NCBI GenBank assembly: GCA_034520965.1
Contig: JAXHMY010000003.1
Span: 32,001 to 96,000, forward strand
Source: Spirochaetia bacterium
GTDB taxonomy: Bacteria > Spirochaetota > Spirochaetia > DSM-16054 > Sediminispirochaetaceae
Direction: 5' to 3'
Length of the DNA: 64,000 nt
This document shows, in pieces, positions 33,806-44,190 of this stretch (positions within the stretch are counted from its first letter, which is position 1; each line of letters opens with the position of its first letter). Both the position numbers and the translations under genes were made by a program. The notes under the pieces are model-generated. The model was not told the origin of the DNA. It made no database searches and saw only the letters and a program-made list of their open reading frames with translations.

Positions 33806-34555
33806 TTAACCACGAATGTTTTTCTTATACCTGCAATTTGGATAATTTGAACAACCATAAAATTTACCATATGGTCCATTTCTAACTAATAAATTTCCTC
33901 CACATCTAGGACAAACTAATGATCTTTCTTTTTGTATTCTTTCATAATTATTCTTATGTATCTGCTGCACATGTTCTTTTCTAGTATCTTTATCCAGGAT
34001 ATTTAATTTCGAAAGTTGATCTGAAATTATTTTTACTTCACTAATAGATAAGTTTCGTCTTATGCTTTTTCTTGCAATAATTTGAAAAAGTTCATTATCA
34101 TAAACAACTGGAACTTGAGAAGTTACGTTTTTTAATTCTCCACTACCAACAAAAACGATAATAGGATGATACGTTATATGTCTGAAATTCGAAAGAACTT
34201 CTTTTAATGCATATATATGGGACCAATTTTGTTTAATAGGATTCCTAAATTTATCTCTACTTTTATAGAAAGTTTGAGTCCAATATTCTGAATTCTCATT
34301 TCCATGTATCCAACCACTATAGTTCTTGGTTTCAATAACAAATATACCATATGTTGAAATAACAATATGATCTATTTGGCTACTTCCTTTACTTGTTCTT
34401 ATAAAAATATTATTCAGAACTTTGTATTCTTTATCATCTAGTTTGTTTAATTGCCCTGCTATCCTTGATTCGCCTATGTGGCCCTTAATTTTTGGTTTAT
34501 TTATCTTGAAAATGAATATCAAGATAATTGCGATTAAAAATAAAACTATATTCAT
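33806..34555 (-). CDS. NERD-domain nuclease-like protein with C-terminal topoisomerase C4 Zn ribbon
   Basis: QIDHIVISTYGIFVIETKNY, NPIKQN, CPRCGG...FYGCSNYPNC. Confidence 0.88.
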   Translation of the reverse strand: MNIVLFLIAIILIFIFKINKPKIKGHIGESRIAGQLNKLDDKEYKVLNNIFIRTSKGSSQIDHIVISTYGIFVIETKNYSGWIHGNENSEYWTQTFYKSRDKFRNPIKQNWSHIYALKEVLSNFRHITYHPIIVFVGSGELKNVTSQVPVVYDNELFQIIARKSIRRNLSISEVKIISDQLSKLNILDKDTRKEHVQQIHKNNYERIQKERSLVCPRCGGNLLVRNGPYGKFYGCSNYPNCRYKKNIRG

Positions 34556-34687
34556 AATATGTTTACTCTTTTACTTTTAATTTGCAATAATTTCACACAA
34601 CATCCTGTAGATAATGAATTTATTATGTTATTTCTAATGCATCAATTATTTACCAATAAACGGTATAATTAAATTATACATTGAGCT

Positions 34688-34822
34688 ACATAACGTTCAC
34701 TTGAGTTGCCTGGCGCTGTTATGATTTAGCCCACTCACTTTAACCATTGTAACTCCTGTTTTTCAATTCAACAATTTCTTTGCTATATTCACCGCCAGGT
34801 CAACTCCAAGTGGTTGTTATGT
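34688..34822 (-). repeat. attC site
   Basis: Full conserved repeat. Confidence 0.9.
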
Positions 34823-34842
34823 TCTATCATTTGTCATTTTTA

Positions 34843-35166
34843 TTATCTTATATTTCTTCTCATAAGAATATCTTCAATATTTCTTCTCCCATCAATGATA
34901 GCCATAACATACACAATATTATGATCTTCTTTATACATTATTCTCCAAGGACTTACTATTAGTTCTCTATATTTTATAATATTCTGTTCATATAATTCGG
35001 GGATTATTCTTCCGCTCTTCGGGAATTCATTTAATTCTATGGTAACATTTTTTATTTTATCATATTGTTCTATTGCATTATTTATTGAATTTATAGAAAT
35101 ATATTCTATGATATCATCAAGATCTTTTACTGCTGTTTCCGTCCACACTACTTTAATTTTTTTCAA
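34843..35166 (-). CDS. RelE/ParE-family toxin
   Basis: VVWTETAVKDLDDIIEYI, FPKSGRIIPE, YRELIVSPWRIMY. Confidence 0.85.
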   Translation of the reverse strand: MKKIKVVWTETAVKDLDDIIEYISINSINNAIEQYDKIKNVTIELNEFPKSGRIIPELYEQNIIKYRELIVSPWRIMYKEDHNIVYVMAIIDGRRNIEDILMRRNIR

Positions 35167-35184
35167 TAATATATCCTAATTCTA

Positions 35185-35475
35185 TTAATTGTTCTTTTTC
35201 TTTAATTCTTTTATTTTATTATCAAATTCGTTAAACAACTTATCTTGATCTATTACTTTTTCTTTTTCGATATCATTTTCACTCTGAGACATTATTTTTA
35301 ATATTCCAATACTGTTGATCATGGATTGATATGTTTCTGTGTCTAATAGTACAGCTTTTGCTTCTCCATTTTGTGTTATGATCATGGGGTGATGGGTATC
35401 GTTTACTCGCTTTAACATCTCAGCAGCGTTTGTTTTTATGTAGGATATTGGTTTTATATCGTCTTTTATGTTCAT
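35185..35475 (-). CDS. Phd/YefM-family antitoxin
   Basis: IKPISYIKTNAAEML...PMIITQNGEAKAVL. Confidence 0.85.
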   Translation of the reverse strand: MNIKDDIKPISYIKTNAAEMLKRVNDTHHPMIITQNGEAKAVLLDTETYQSMINSIGILKIMSQSENDIEKEKVIDQDKLFNEFDNKIKELKKKNN

Positions 35476-35486
35476 AATGAACCTCC

Positions 35487-35524
35487 AGTACTTATATAGT
35501 ACTTAATTAAGACTTATTAGTCAA
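35487..35524 (-). promoter_or_regulatory. Internal TA-cassette promoter with palindromic operator
   Basis: TTGACT-17 nt-TACTAT on the minus strand; AGTACT-N5-AGTACT overlaps the -10; same arrangement at ~39054-39091. Confidence 0.6.
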
Positions 35525-35540
35525 TCTATATTTTGATGGA

Positions 35541-35675
35541 ACATAACGTTCACTTGAGTTGCCTGGCGGTGTTACGCAATAGCCCACTCTCTTTAACCAT
35601 TGTAACTCCAGTTCTCCAAATCAACAATCTCTTTCTCAATTTCATCGCCAGGACAACTCCAAGTGGTTGTTATAT
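35541..35675 (-). repeat. attC site
   Basis: Full conserved repeat. Confidence 0.9.
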
Positions 35676-35680
35676 AGCAT

Positions 35681-36166
35681 TTAATTCAATTCCAGTATTT
35701 CAATCTTTATATGTTCGATCATTTTATTTATATTCTTATAATATTCTTTTAAACTTACAAAACCAATGGTTGAATCATTACCATGAGCTATTCTGTGTCT
35801 TTGACCAATAATTGAATTAATAGATGCTTTTACTTCATCATAGTTATCTATTTCCGATAATTTAACCACCCAATCATCATTAAACTTTTTAAATAAAGTT
35901 TCAATTTTCTCAGTTTTTGCATTAGTAAATGTTTTTAAATTATTATGAATATAATTTTTAATATAGTCATGAGATTTTTCTTCAGAATATTTTAATAATA
36001 ATAAGTAAATTGATTTTTCTAAATAACCGGAAATTAGCACACAAAGATATTTTGTGAGGTGAGATACTAGTTCAAAATCATAATTATCGTTTTCATTTAA
36101 ATAATCAATTTTTTCAAAAATATTTTCTATCTTTCTTTTTGATTTTTCAATTTCTATATTCGTCAT
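35681..36166 (-). CDS. HEPN-domain putative RNase (RiboL-PSP/MAE_28990-like)
   Basis: RHRIAHG RxxxxH motif, LCVLISGYLE helix; overlaps the DUF262 gene. Confidence 0.75.
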   Translation of the reverse strand: MTNIEIEKSKRKIENIFEKIDYLNENDNYDFELVSHLTKYLCVLISGYLEKSIYLLLLKYSEEKSHDYIKNYIHNNLKTFTNAKTEKIETLFKKFNDDWVVKLSEIDNYDEVKASINSIIGQRHRIAHGNDSTIGFVSLKEYYKNINKMIEHIKIEILELN

Positions 36167-37240
36167 TTATTTTCTCTATTGCAATATCAATTCTACTAAT
36201 TACACTCTCTTTATGATGAGTTTTACCTGTAAAAATTGAATTTTCGAATTTTTTATTTTTATGCATTTCTTTCACTACTTGATAAATATTTTTTTTATTA
36301 TTATCTATAATTTTAACATTTTTACTTATACCGACAAAAATAGAATCTAAAATTGCTATATTTAGAGCATTGCCTTTTGGCCTAAAAAATTGTAGACCAA
36401 TATCATTACAAATGTAATTGAGAGTTGTAGTAAAAGTTTCTTTTACCTCATCTTTATCAATATTATCTAAATTTTTATTAGTTGACATGAACTCATTTAA
36501 AAGAATTTCATGTTGCCTTTATAACTTTTATAATCGTAATGCAATGCTATTAATCTTAAAATTATTTCTTCGTCTTTTTTTCTTTTAGGATTTATACTAA
36601 AATTTTCCTGCCAAAGGTTCAAATCTTTAAGTTCTTTTAACAATTCTTGAAGCTCACCTTGATAAATAGCTGTTCTTATTTCTTGTGGATATAAATTCAT
36701 ACCTCCTGAATTTAGTCTCTCAAATATAAGAAATATACTTTCATTATTTTTATCCTTCGGATCCTCTGGTTTAACTATTGTGGCGTGTAGTATCGTATCA
36801 TCAACTTTATTTTTTAGTTCTTGTGGTAATGTCTCATAAGTTAGATTCAAATAGTCTGAGTGCACATCTATAAGCTTAAAATTTCTATCTTTATATTTAC
36901 CTACATAAAAAGCATACAAAGCATTAATCCTCTGTTGTCCATCAATTACTAACAAATTATTAGTTCCCTCTTGAACAGAAAGAAAAATACCTGGGATCGG
37001 TATACCTAAGAGAATTGATTCAATGAATTTTGAGCATTGTTTAGAAGACCATACTAGATTTCTTTGAAAATCTGGTACTACAATACTATTATTTTTAAAT
37101 CTTCTTACTAATCCATTAACATCGAAGTCAATTCCATAGCTTGTTAATGAATACGAGAACGGAACGGATTCATCCGAATCACTTTCATCAATAATTTGTT
37201 CATTAATTTCTTTTTCGTATTCATAATCTTCATAATCCAT
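36147..37240 (-). CDS. DUF262 (ParB-like) domain protein (frameshift at ~36500)
   Basis: PDFQRNLVW, FIESILLGIPIP, VIDGQQR, IFERLNSGG, QEIR. Confidence 0.85.
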
Positions 37241-37283
37241 ACTTTACTCCAAATAAATATTCTTCTTTAGCAATCATGCTGCT

Positions 37284-37418
37284 ATATAACGTTCACTTGA
37301 GTTGCCTGGCGCTGTTACGCAATAGCCCACTCTCTTTAACCATTGTAACCCGAGTTTCGCAATACAACAACTTCTTTGCCAAATAGTCCGCCAGGTCAAC
37401 TCCAAGTGGTTGTTATGT
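37284..37418 (-). repeat. attC site
   Basis: Full conserved repeat. Confidence 0.9.
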
Positions 37419-37421
37419 TCA

Positions 37422-38120
37422 TTACATTTTACTTTTTATCCATATCCCTGTATATTCTGGTACAACTGCACTTTTACTCTCTAATACTTTATCTTTCATT
37501 TCTTCTCCAAAGAAAAAACTTATTATTTGGGCAGCTTCTCTATAGTCATTGAATTTATAATCAGTTTTAACAATAGTTTTTACAAACGCATATTCTTCTT
37601 CAAGCAAGCTATAGAATTCTATTAAATCAGTATTATTTATTTCCGGATCTTTCACATTTGTACCAAGAGTTTCAATTAATATTTTCACACTATTATCAGT
37701 GGTTATCTGATTTATGTTATTTAACAGCTTTACAGTAGTACTCTGAATATCATTATTGTTTTCAACTATAGTGTGTCCAAAACTCCATCCTTCAATAAAT
37801 ATATGTGCTTTATTTTTTACCAAAGGCAAATTCTCATTTTCACCAACATTCAAAACTATTTTATCTGAATATTTTTTTAAGTTTTTTTTACATCTATTTA
37901 GCATATGAGCTTCCCGATCAAACCCATAGAGCTTCTCTATTTTGTCAATATATATTTTGGAGAGACGTCCCGTACCGATACCTGCCTCATATACGATCTT
38001 TTTATCCCATTCTATTTTATTTAATAGCTCTTCAGTCAAGTTGTTTTGATAATCTTCAGCGGTTACCAACTTGTCGTATTCGGTAGCATACTTTTTATAT
38101 ATTTCACTCATTTTCGGCAA
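37422..38120 (-). CDS. Class I SAM-dependent methyltransferase (intact copy)
   Basis: YEAGIGTGRL motif; 232 aa. Confidence 0.85.
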   Translation of the reverse strand: MPKMSEIYKKYATEYDKLVTAEDYQNNLTEELLNKIEWDKKIVYEAGIGTGRLSKIYIDKIEKLYGFDREAHMLNRCKKNLKKYSDKIVLNVGENENLPLVKNKAHIFIEGWSFGHTIVENNNDIQSTTVKLLNNINQITTDNSVKILIETLGTNVKDPEINNTDLIEFYSLLEEEYAFVKTIVKTDYKFNDYREAAQIISFFFGEEMKDKVLESKSAVVPEYTGIWIKSKM

Positions 38121-38254
38121 AACAATTTTCCCTTCCTCATTTTGTTAATCTAAAACTCACAATAACTTTTGAGATTAAAATAGTATTATAAATAATTTTT
38201 ATCTTACATGCCCACTAAGTTTAACCAACTTCAGCATCGATAGTAATTTCATGA

Positions 38255-38389
38255 ACATAACGTTCACTTGAGTTGCCTGGCGCTGTTATGATTTAGCCCA
38301 CTCACTTTAACCATTATAACCCCAGTTCGCCAAATCAACAAATTCTTTGCCATATTCACCGCCAGGACAACTCCAAGTGGTTGTTATGT
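38255..38389 (-). repeat. attC site
   Basis: Full conserved repeat. Confidence 0.9.
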
Positions 38390-38409
38390 TCTATCATTTG
38401 TCATTTTTA

Positions 38410-38733
38410 TTATCTTATATTTCTTCTCATAAGAATATCTTCAATATTTCTTCTCCCATCAATGATAGCCATAACATACACAATATTATGATCTTCTTTA
38501 TACATTATTCTCCAAGGACTTACTATTAGTTCTCTATATTTTATAATATTCTGTTCATATAATTCGGGGATTATTCTTCCGCTCTTCGGGAATTCATTTA
38601 ATTCTATGGTAACATTTTTTATTTTATCATATTGTTCTATTGCATTATTTATTGAATTTATAGAAATATATTCTATGATATCATCAAGATCTTTTCCTGC
38701 TGTTTCCGTCCACACTACTTTAATTTTTTTCAA
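38410..38733 (-). CDS. RelE/ParE-family toxin (duplicate)
   Basis: One amino-acid difference from 34843-35166. Confidence 0.85.
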   Translation of the reverse strand: MKKIKVVWTETAGKDLDDIIEYISINSINNAIEQYDKIKNVTIELNEFPKSGRIIPELYEQNIIKYRELIVSPWRIMYKEDHNIVYVMAIIDGRRNIEDILMRRNIR

Positions 38734-38751
38734 TAATATATCCTAATTCTA

Positions 38752-39042
38752 TTAATTGTTCTTTTTCTTTAATTCTTTTATTTTATTATCAAATTCGTTA
38801 AACAACTTATCTTGATCTATTACTTTTTCTTTTTCGATATCATTTTCACTCTGAGACATTATTTTTAATATTCCAATACTGTTGATCATGGATTGATATG
38901 TTTCTGTGTCTAATAGTACAGCTTTTGCTTCTCCATTTTGTGTTATGATCATGGGGTGATGGGTATCGTTTACTCGCTTTAACATCTCAGCAGCGTTTGT
39001 TTTTATGTAGGATATTGGTTTTATATCGTCTTTTATGTTCAT
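38752..39042 (-). CDS. Phd/YefM-family antitoxin (duplicate)
   Basis: Identical protein to 35185-35475. Confidence 0.85.
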   Translation of the reverse strand: MNIKDDIKPISYIKTNAAEMLKRVNDTHHPMIITQNGEAKAVLLDTETYQSMINSIGILKIMSQSENDIEKEKVIDQDKLFNEFDNKIKELKKKNN

Positions 39043-39107
39043 AATAAACCTCCAGTACTTATATAGTACTTTATTAAGACTTATTAGTCAATCTATATTT
39101 TGATGGA

Positions 39108-39242
39108 ACATAACGTTCACTTGAGATGCTTGGCGCTAACAGTATATAGCCCACTCACTTTAACCATTGTAACTCTACATTTCCAATTCAAAAATCTCTT
39201 TGCCATATTCACCGCCAGGTCAACTCCAAGTGGTTGTTATGT
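39108..39242 (-). repeat. attC site (identical to 10617-10751)
   Basis: Full repeat with the same variant loop. Confidence 0.9.
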
Positions 39243-39250
39243 GCACCTCA

Positions 39251-40357
39251 TTATTTCTTTAATAATTCATACAACTCTCTATTAACATAGATTGTTTCTT
39301 TCCAAGATTTATATGATTCTAATATTCCTATTTCTTCTAACTGCTTAAGATATTTACTAGCAGTTCTTCTTTCAGCAATATTCTCATTTACTAAAAACTC
39401 AATTTTTGTGTACGGCTGTACAAATAATAATTCAATTAGTTCCTTGGAGTAAGTTGTTTTTGGCAGTTTTTCTTTACATAATTCTATAGTCTTATTCATT
39501 AGATTCATTATTGAAGAAATTATCTGCAATGTATCTTTTGAAGTTTCTTCTACTGCTCTTAGCATAAATAAAATCCATTTTTCCCATGCATTATCAGTTC
39601 TTACTTTTTGCAATAAATTGTAATATTGTCCCTTGTTTTTTATTATATAATCACTTAAATAGAGTATGGGGGTATCAATTAAATTCTTTTGTACCAGATA
39701 TAAAACATTTATTATTCTTCCTGTTCTGCCATTGCCGTCATAGAATGGATGTATCGATTCAAACTGGTAGTGTATAATAGCCATTTTAATAAGAGAATCA
39801 ATTGCGCTGTCTTTATTCATATAGCTTTCTAAGTTAGAAAGTAAATTCAATATTGTTTTCTCATTATCCGGTGGTGTGTATATCACCTCACCTGTTTGAT
39901 CATTCATCAAACTTGTTCCAGGCAGTTTCCTAATGCCAGCATTATTTTTTTCTAAATCTTTTTGTATATTTAAGATCGTGTTTATACTCAGCCCACCTTT
40001 TTTGCTAAGTTCGTTATAACCGGTCCATATTGCTGATCGATAATTTAATACTTCTTTTGTTGCTGTATCGATTTTTCTTTCACTTTCTGCTAGCGCTTTA
40101 TATATTTCATCCTGAGTAGTAATTATATTTTCGATTTCAGAGCTTGTTCTTGCTTCCTTCAATACTATGGAATTAAGTAATATGGTTTCATTTGGTAACA
40201 GAGAACAATAACCTTTTAACCTGGCAAGCTCTCTATTTGCTTTTATTGCTTGGTTCAGAATTTTCTTTGTTTCAATATCAACCTTTGGAGGAAGATGAGG
40301 CAGATCGTTGTATGGTTCATTTTTATTAATGCTCATTTCATGTACATTATAACACAT
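39251..40357 (-). CDS. Fic-family protein, copy 2
   Basis: HPFYDGNGRTGR. Confidence 0.9.
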   Translation of the reverse strand: MCYNVHEMSINKNEPYNDLPHLPPKVDIETKKILNQAIKANRELARLKGYCSLLPNETILLNSIVLKEARTSSEIENIITTQDEIYKALAESERKIDTATKEVLNYRSAIWTGYNELSKKGGLSINTILNIQKDLEKNNAGIRKLPGTSLMNDQTGEVIYTPPDNEKTILNLLSNLESYMNKDSAIDSLIKMAIIHYQFESIHPFYDGNGRTGRIINVLYLVQKNLIDTPILYLSDYIIKNKGQYYNLLQKVRTDNAWEKWILFMLRAVEETSKDTLQIISSIMNLMNKTIELCKEKLPKTTYSKELIELLFVQPYTKIEFLVNENIAERRTASKYLKQLEEIGILESYKSWKETIYVNRELYELLKK

Positions 40358-40395
40358 TCTTTGCTCATTACAAGCTTTTCATGTACATATCGTGC

Positions 40396-40530
40396 ACATA
40401 ACGTTCACTTGAGTTGCCTGGCGCTGTTACGCCTTAGCCCACTCACTTTAACCATTGTAACTCCAGTACTCAAATTAAACAACTTCTTTGCCAAATAGAC
40501 CGCCAGGTCAACTCCAAGTGGTTGTTATAT
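40396..40530 (-). repeat. attC site
   Basis: Full conserved repeat. Confidence 0.9.
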
Positions 40531-40592
40531 GCCCGATACAGACAAAAATTATAAGAGAAGAGCAAGAAGAGTAAGGAAAAAAAGTGGTTGAT

Positions 40593-42014
40593 TTATTGGC
40601 CTAATCGGTTATCGATAATACGAACATAATAATCCATTGGATCTTTTCCTACCCACGCATCTGAAAAATCAGTATTATCAACATATCCATAAAAAGAGTG
40701 GATACCAGCATTATTATATCCGCTATATGAATTATTTAAAATTTCACCTAAAAATTGATCACTACTATATGTCAATAGCTCTGATTTTTCACTATCTTCA
40801 TTATATGCGTCAATTATCCGATTAAACGTAGAATCAGCTCCTTGGAAATCTTTTATCAATTCAGATTTTACACTAACATGTATTAACTCATGAAAAAGAG
40901 TCGCCATTGTGATTTCTGCTATTTCCTCACCTTGATATGATTCTAAAATATCTAATGTGCGAGGGAAAAAAGAAATTCGAGGCGGATTATTTGTTGCAGG
41001 ATAATATTGAGTAACTGCTGCCCAATTTCTAGAAGAATATACTAAATTTATTCTCCAATAATGATCATCACCAGGTGCTAAGATGTCATCGTAGATTACG
41101 GGAAGTCGGTGTTTCAATATTTCAAAAGATGAGACAATCTGTTCAACAAATTCCTCTCCCATAGAATCATCGACTAATTCCCCGTCATAACTGATGAAGA
41201 TATTATCATCATAGCGAAATACACGTTCAAAAGAGCGGACTTCATCGACTGGATTACCAACATAGTATGTGAATGGACTTGTCGAAAATGTATCTTCACC
41301 ATAGAATTCAGAGAACAACTCTTCAGCTTGTTCTTTTGTCAACTCAGTTGCATTCTGCATTGCCAAGTCTCCAATTTCCATATTACGAATATACCCCATA
41401 TGATTTTTGATGATGAGTTCGAGCTGTTGATCAACTGTCAATGAATCATCACCAGTTATCATCTCACGATATTCTGTATCAAGTTCTCTGTATGGTGTTT
41501 CTTCGTAATAGTTACGAAATTCTGGCCTTAACCAATCCAATCGAGTACGATATAAAGTAACACGAGGAATCACACCACGATCTTCATCTTCTACTCGTTC
41601 AAAGTACTCTTGACCATCAGCACTCCACGACCCAAAGATTTGCATAGGAGGATTCACTTCATAGCCACCAATGGTTTTACCATTCAAATCCTCTTGTGTA
41701 AACATCCCGGCATATCCTTTATACCAACTATCTGTAAAATAATACTCAGGATTAACCAGTTCAAACAGACCATCCTCCCCTATACAAGAATCAGGAAGGT
41801 CATCTAGTGCATCTGCAATCCGTTCATCAGAATAAGGGTGACCAGAAAGGAATTGTGACGCTTCTTGTGTCGCCTCTTCACTTGAAACTGTGGTAGATTG
41901 CTCACTTTGCTGCTGTTGCGTGGGATCTGTCATCCCTTGTGCAGACGGAGCAGTTGTACAACTGGTTGAAATAACTAGTGTAATTATGATGGTAATACTG
42001 CCTAATTTTTGCAT
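40593..42014 (-). CDS. Acidic lipoprotein with HExxH motif (putative zinc metallopeptidase)
   Basis: Signal peptide ending ISTSC; TLFHELIH. Confidence 0.6.
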   Translation of the reverse strand: MQKLGSITIIITLVISTSCTTAPSAQGMTDPTQQQQSEQSTTVSSEEATQEASQFLSGHPYSDERIADALDDLPDSCIGEDGLFELVNPEYYFTDSWYKGYAGMFTQEDLNGKTIGGYEVNPPMQIFGSWSADGQEYFERVEDEDRGVIPRVTLYRTRLDWLRPEFRNYYEETPYRELDTEYREMITGDDSLTVDQQLELIIKNHMGYIRNMEIGDLAMQNATELTKEQAEELFSEFYGEDTFSTSPFTYYVGNPVDEVRSFERVFRYDDNIFISYDGELVDDSMGEEFVEQIVSSFEILKHRLPVIYDDILAPGDDHYWRINLVYSSRNWAAVTQYYPATNNPPRISFFPRTLDILESYQGEEIAEITMATLFHELIHVSVKSELIKDFQGADSTFNRIIDAYNEDSEKSELLTYSSDQFLGEILNNSYSGYNNAGIHSFYGYVDNTDFSDAWVGKDPMDYYVRIIDNRLGQ

Positions 42015-42051
42015 TTTTTTTATACCTCATATTTTTTATTCTCATTCGTGC

Positions 42052-42186
42052 ATATAACGTTCACTTGAGTTGCCTGGCGCTGTTACGCCATAATCTACTC
42101 TCTTTAACCATTGTAACTCCAGTTATCCAATTCAACAAACACTTTGCCATATTCATCGCCAGGTCAACTCCAAGTGGTTGTTATGT
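42052..42186 (-). repeat. attC site
   Basis: Full conserved repeat. Confidence 0.9.
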
Positions 42187-42194
42187 GCACCACA

Positions 42195-43301
42195 TCATTT
42201 CTTTAATAATTCATACAAATCTCTATTAACATAGATTGTTTCTTTCCAAGATTTATATGATTCTAATATTTCTATTTCTTCTAACTGCTTTAGATATTTA
42301 CTAGCAGTTCTTCTTTCAGCAATATTCTCATTTACTAAAAACTCAATTTTTGTGTACGGCTGTACAAATAATAATTCAATGAGTTCCTTAGAGTAAGTTG
42401 TTTTTGGCAGTTTTTCTTTACATAATTCTATAGTCTTATTCATTAGATTCATTATTGAAGAAATTATCTGCAATGTATCTTTTGAAGTTTCTTCTACTGC
42501 TCTTAGCATAAATAAAATCCATTTTTCCCATTCATTATCAGTTCTTACTTTTTGCAATAAATTGTAATATTGTCCCTTGTTTTTTATTATATAATCACTT
42601 AAATAGAGTATGGGGGTATCAATTAAATTCTTTTGTACCAGATATAAAACATTTATTATTCTTCCTGTTCTGCCATTGCCGTCATAGAATGGATGTATCG
42701 ATTCAAACTGGTAGTGTATAATAGCCATTTTAATAAGAGAATCAATTTCGCTATCTTTATTCATATAGCTTTCTAAGTTAGAAAGTAAATCTAATATTGT
42801 TTTCTCATTATCCGGTGGTGTGTATATCACCTCACCTGTTTGATCATTCATCAAACTTGTTCCAGGCAGTTTCCTTATGCCAGCATTATTTCCTTCTAGG
42901 TCTTTTTGTATATTTAAGATCGTGTTTATACTCAGCCCACCTTTTTTGCTAAGTTCGTTATAACCGGTCCATATTGCTGATCGATAATTTAATACTTCTT
43001 TTGTTGCTGTATCGATTTTTCTTTCACTTTCTGCTAGCGCTTTATATATTTCATCCTGAGTAGTAATTATATTTTCAATTTCAGAGCTTGTTCTTGCTTC
43101 CTTCAATACTATGGAATTAAGTAATATGGTTTCATTTGGTAACAGAGAACAATAACCTTTTAACCTGGCAAGCTCTTTATTTGCCTTTATTGCTTGGTTC
43201 AGAATTTTCTTTGTTTCAATATCAACCTTTGGAGGAAGATGAGGCAGTCCGTTGTTTGGTTCATTTTTATTAATACTCATTTCATGTACATTATAACACA
43301 T
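42195..43301 (-). CDS. Fic-family protein, copy 3
   Basis: HPFYDGNGRTGR. Confidence 0.9.
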   Translation of the reverse strand: MCYNVHEMSINKNEPNNGLPHLPPKVDIETKKILNQAIKANKELARLKGYCSLLPNETILLNSIVLKEARTSSEIENIITTQDEIYKALAESERKIDTATKEVLNYRSAIWTGYNELSKKGGLSINTILNIQKDLEGNNAGIRKLPGTSLMNDQTGEVIYTPPDNEKTILDLLSNLESYMNKDSEIDSLIKMAIIHYQFESIHPFYDGNGRTGRIINVLYLVQKNLIDTPILYLSDYIIKNKGQYYNLLQKVRTDNEWEKWILFMLRAVEETSKDTLQIISSIMNLMNKTIELCKEKLPKTTYSKELIELLFVQPYTKIEFLVNENIAERRTASKYLKQLEEIEILESYKSWKETIYVNRDLYELLKK

Positions 43302-43339
43302 TCTTTGCTCATTACAAGCTTTTCATGTACATATCGTGC

Positions 43340-43474
43340 ACATAACGTTCACTTGAGTTGCCTGGCGCTGTTACGCTTTAGCCTACTCTCTTTAACCATT
43401 GTAACTCCAGTTTTCTAAATCAACAATCTCTTTCTCAATTTCATCGCCAGGACAACTCCAAGTGGTTGTTATAC
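43340..43474 (-). repeat. attC site
   Basis: Full conserved repeat. Confidence 0.9.
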
Positions 43475-44055
43475 ACGCTGCATTCATATTTCATCATATC
43501 CTAGATTGTGTTATTGCAACTATAGTTCATATCTTTATTCTTTTTTTCTCACGCATGCACTAATTTTTTTACTCTTTGAATATTCTTATCTTATTTAAGT
43601 ACCTAGTATTTTTTGTTCTATTTACATTTGATAGCTCGTTCATCTTTTTTTTAAGGAATCTTATTCCAGAATCATAACATATCTAAAACTACCAATTATA
43701 CTTTGCCAATTTTATACTTACTCCGAAAACGAAGCTTTTTACTATTACATTTTCACCCGATCTATTACAATTTTAAACATTGTTCCAATTGCATCCATTT
43801 TTTTTATCAGAACTATACTTACGCACCTTATTAGTTATCTTTATCTGATCAATATTACTTCGACATTGTAATTTGTATTTTATATTCTCACATTACATCA
43901 ATTAGATATTTATTATGATATTCATTTAAGCAGTTCTATCATATTTTATCTATTCATTTTTTCTCTTCTATCAATCAATTCGTTTTTTACTTTATAAATG
44001 TTTTTCTATTTCTTTTTTGATACTATTTTATTTACATAGTTCTAAATTGGCAGCG
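43475..44055 (-). other. ORF-less cassette, copy 2 (uninterrupted)
   Basis: About 580 bp between two attC sites; no ORF of 60 aa or more in the track; homologous to the IS1634-interrupted cassette. Confidence 0.8.
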
Positions 44056-44190
44056 GTATAACGTTCACTTGAGTTGCCTGGCGCTGTTACGCTATAACTC
44101 ATAATCTTTAACCAGTGTACACCCGGTATCTCAAATCAACAAATACTTTTACCTATTTACCGCCAGGACAACTCCAAGTGGTTGTTATGG
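44056..44190 (-). repeat. attC site
   Basis: Full repeat; loop resembles the 8625 variant. Confidence 0.88.

Noticed and set aside
17527..43418. Recurring small + strand ORFs (HNVHLSCLAL...TPSGCY) as a peptide family
   Set aside because: They are translations of the attC repeat itself
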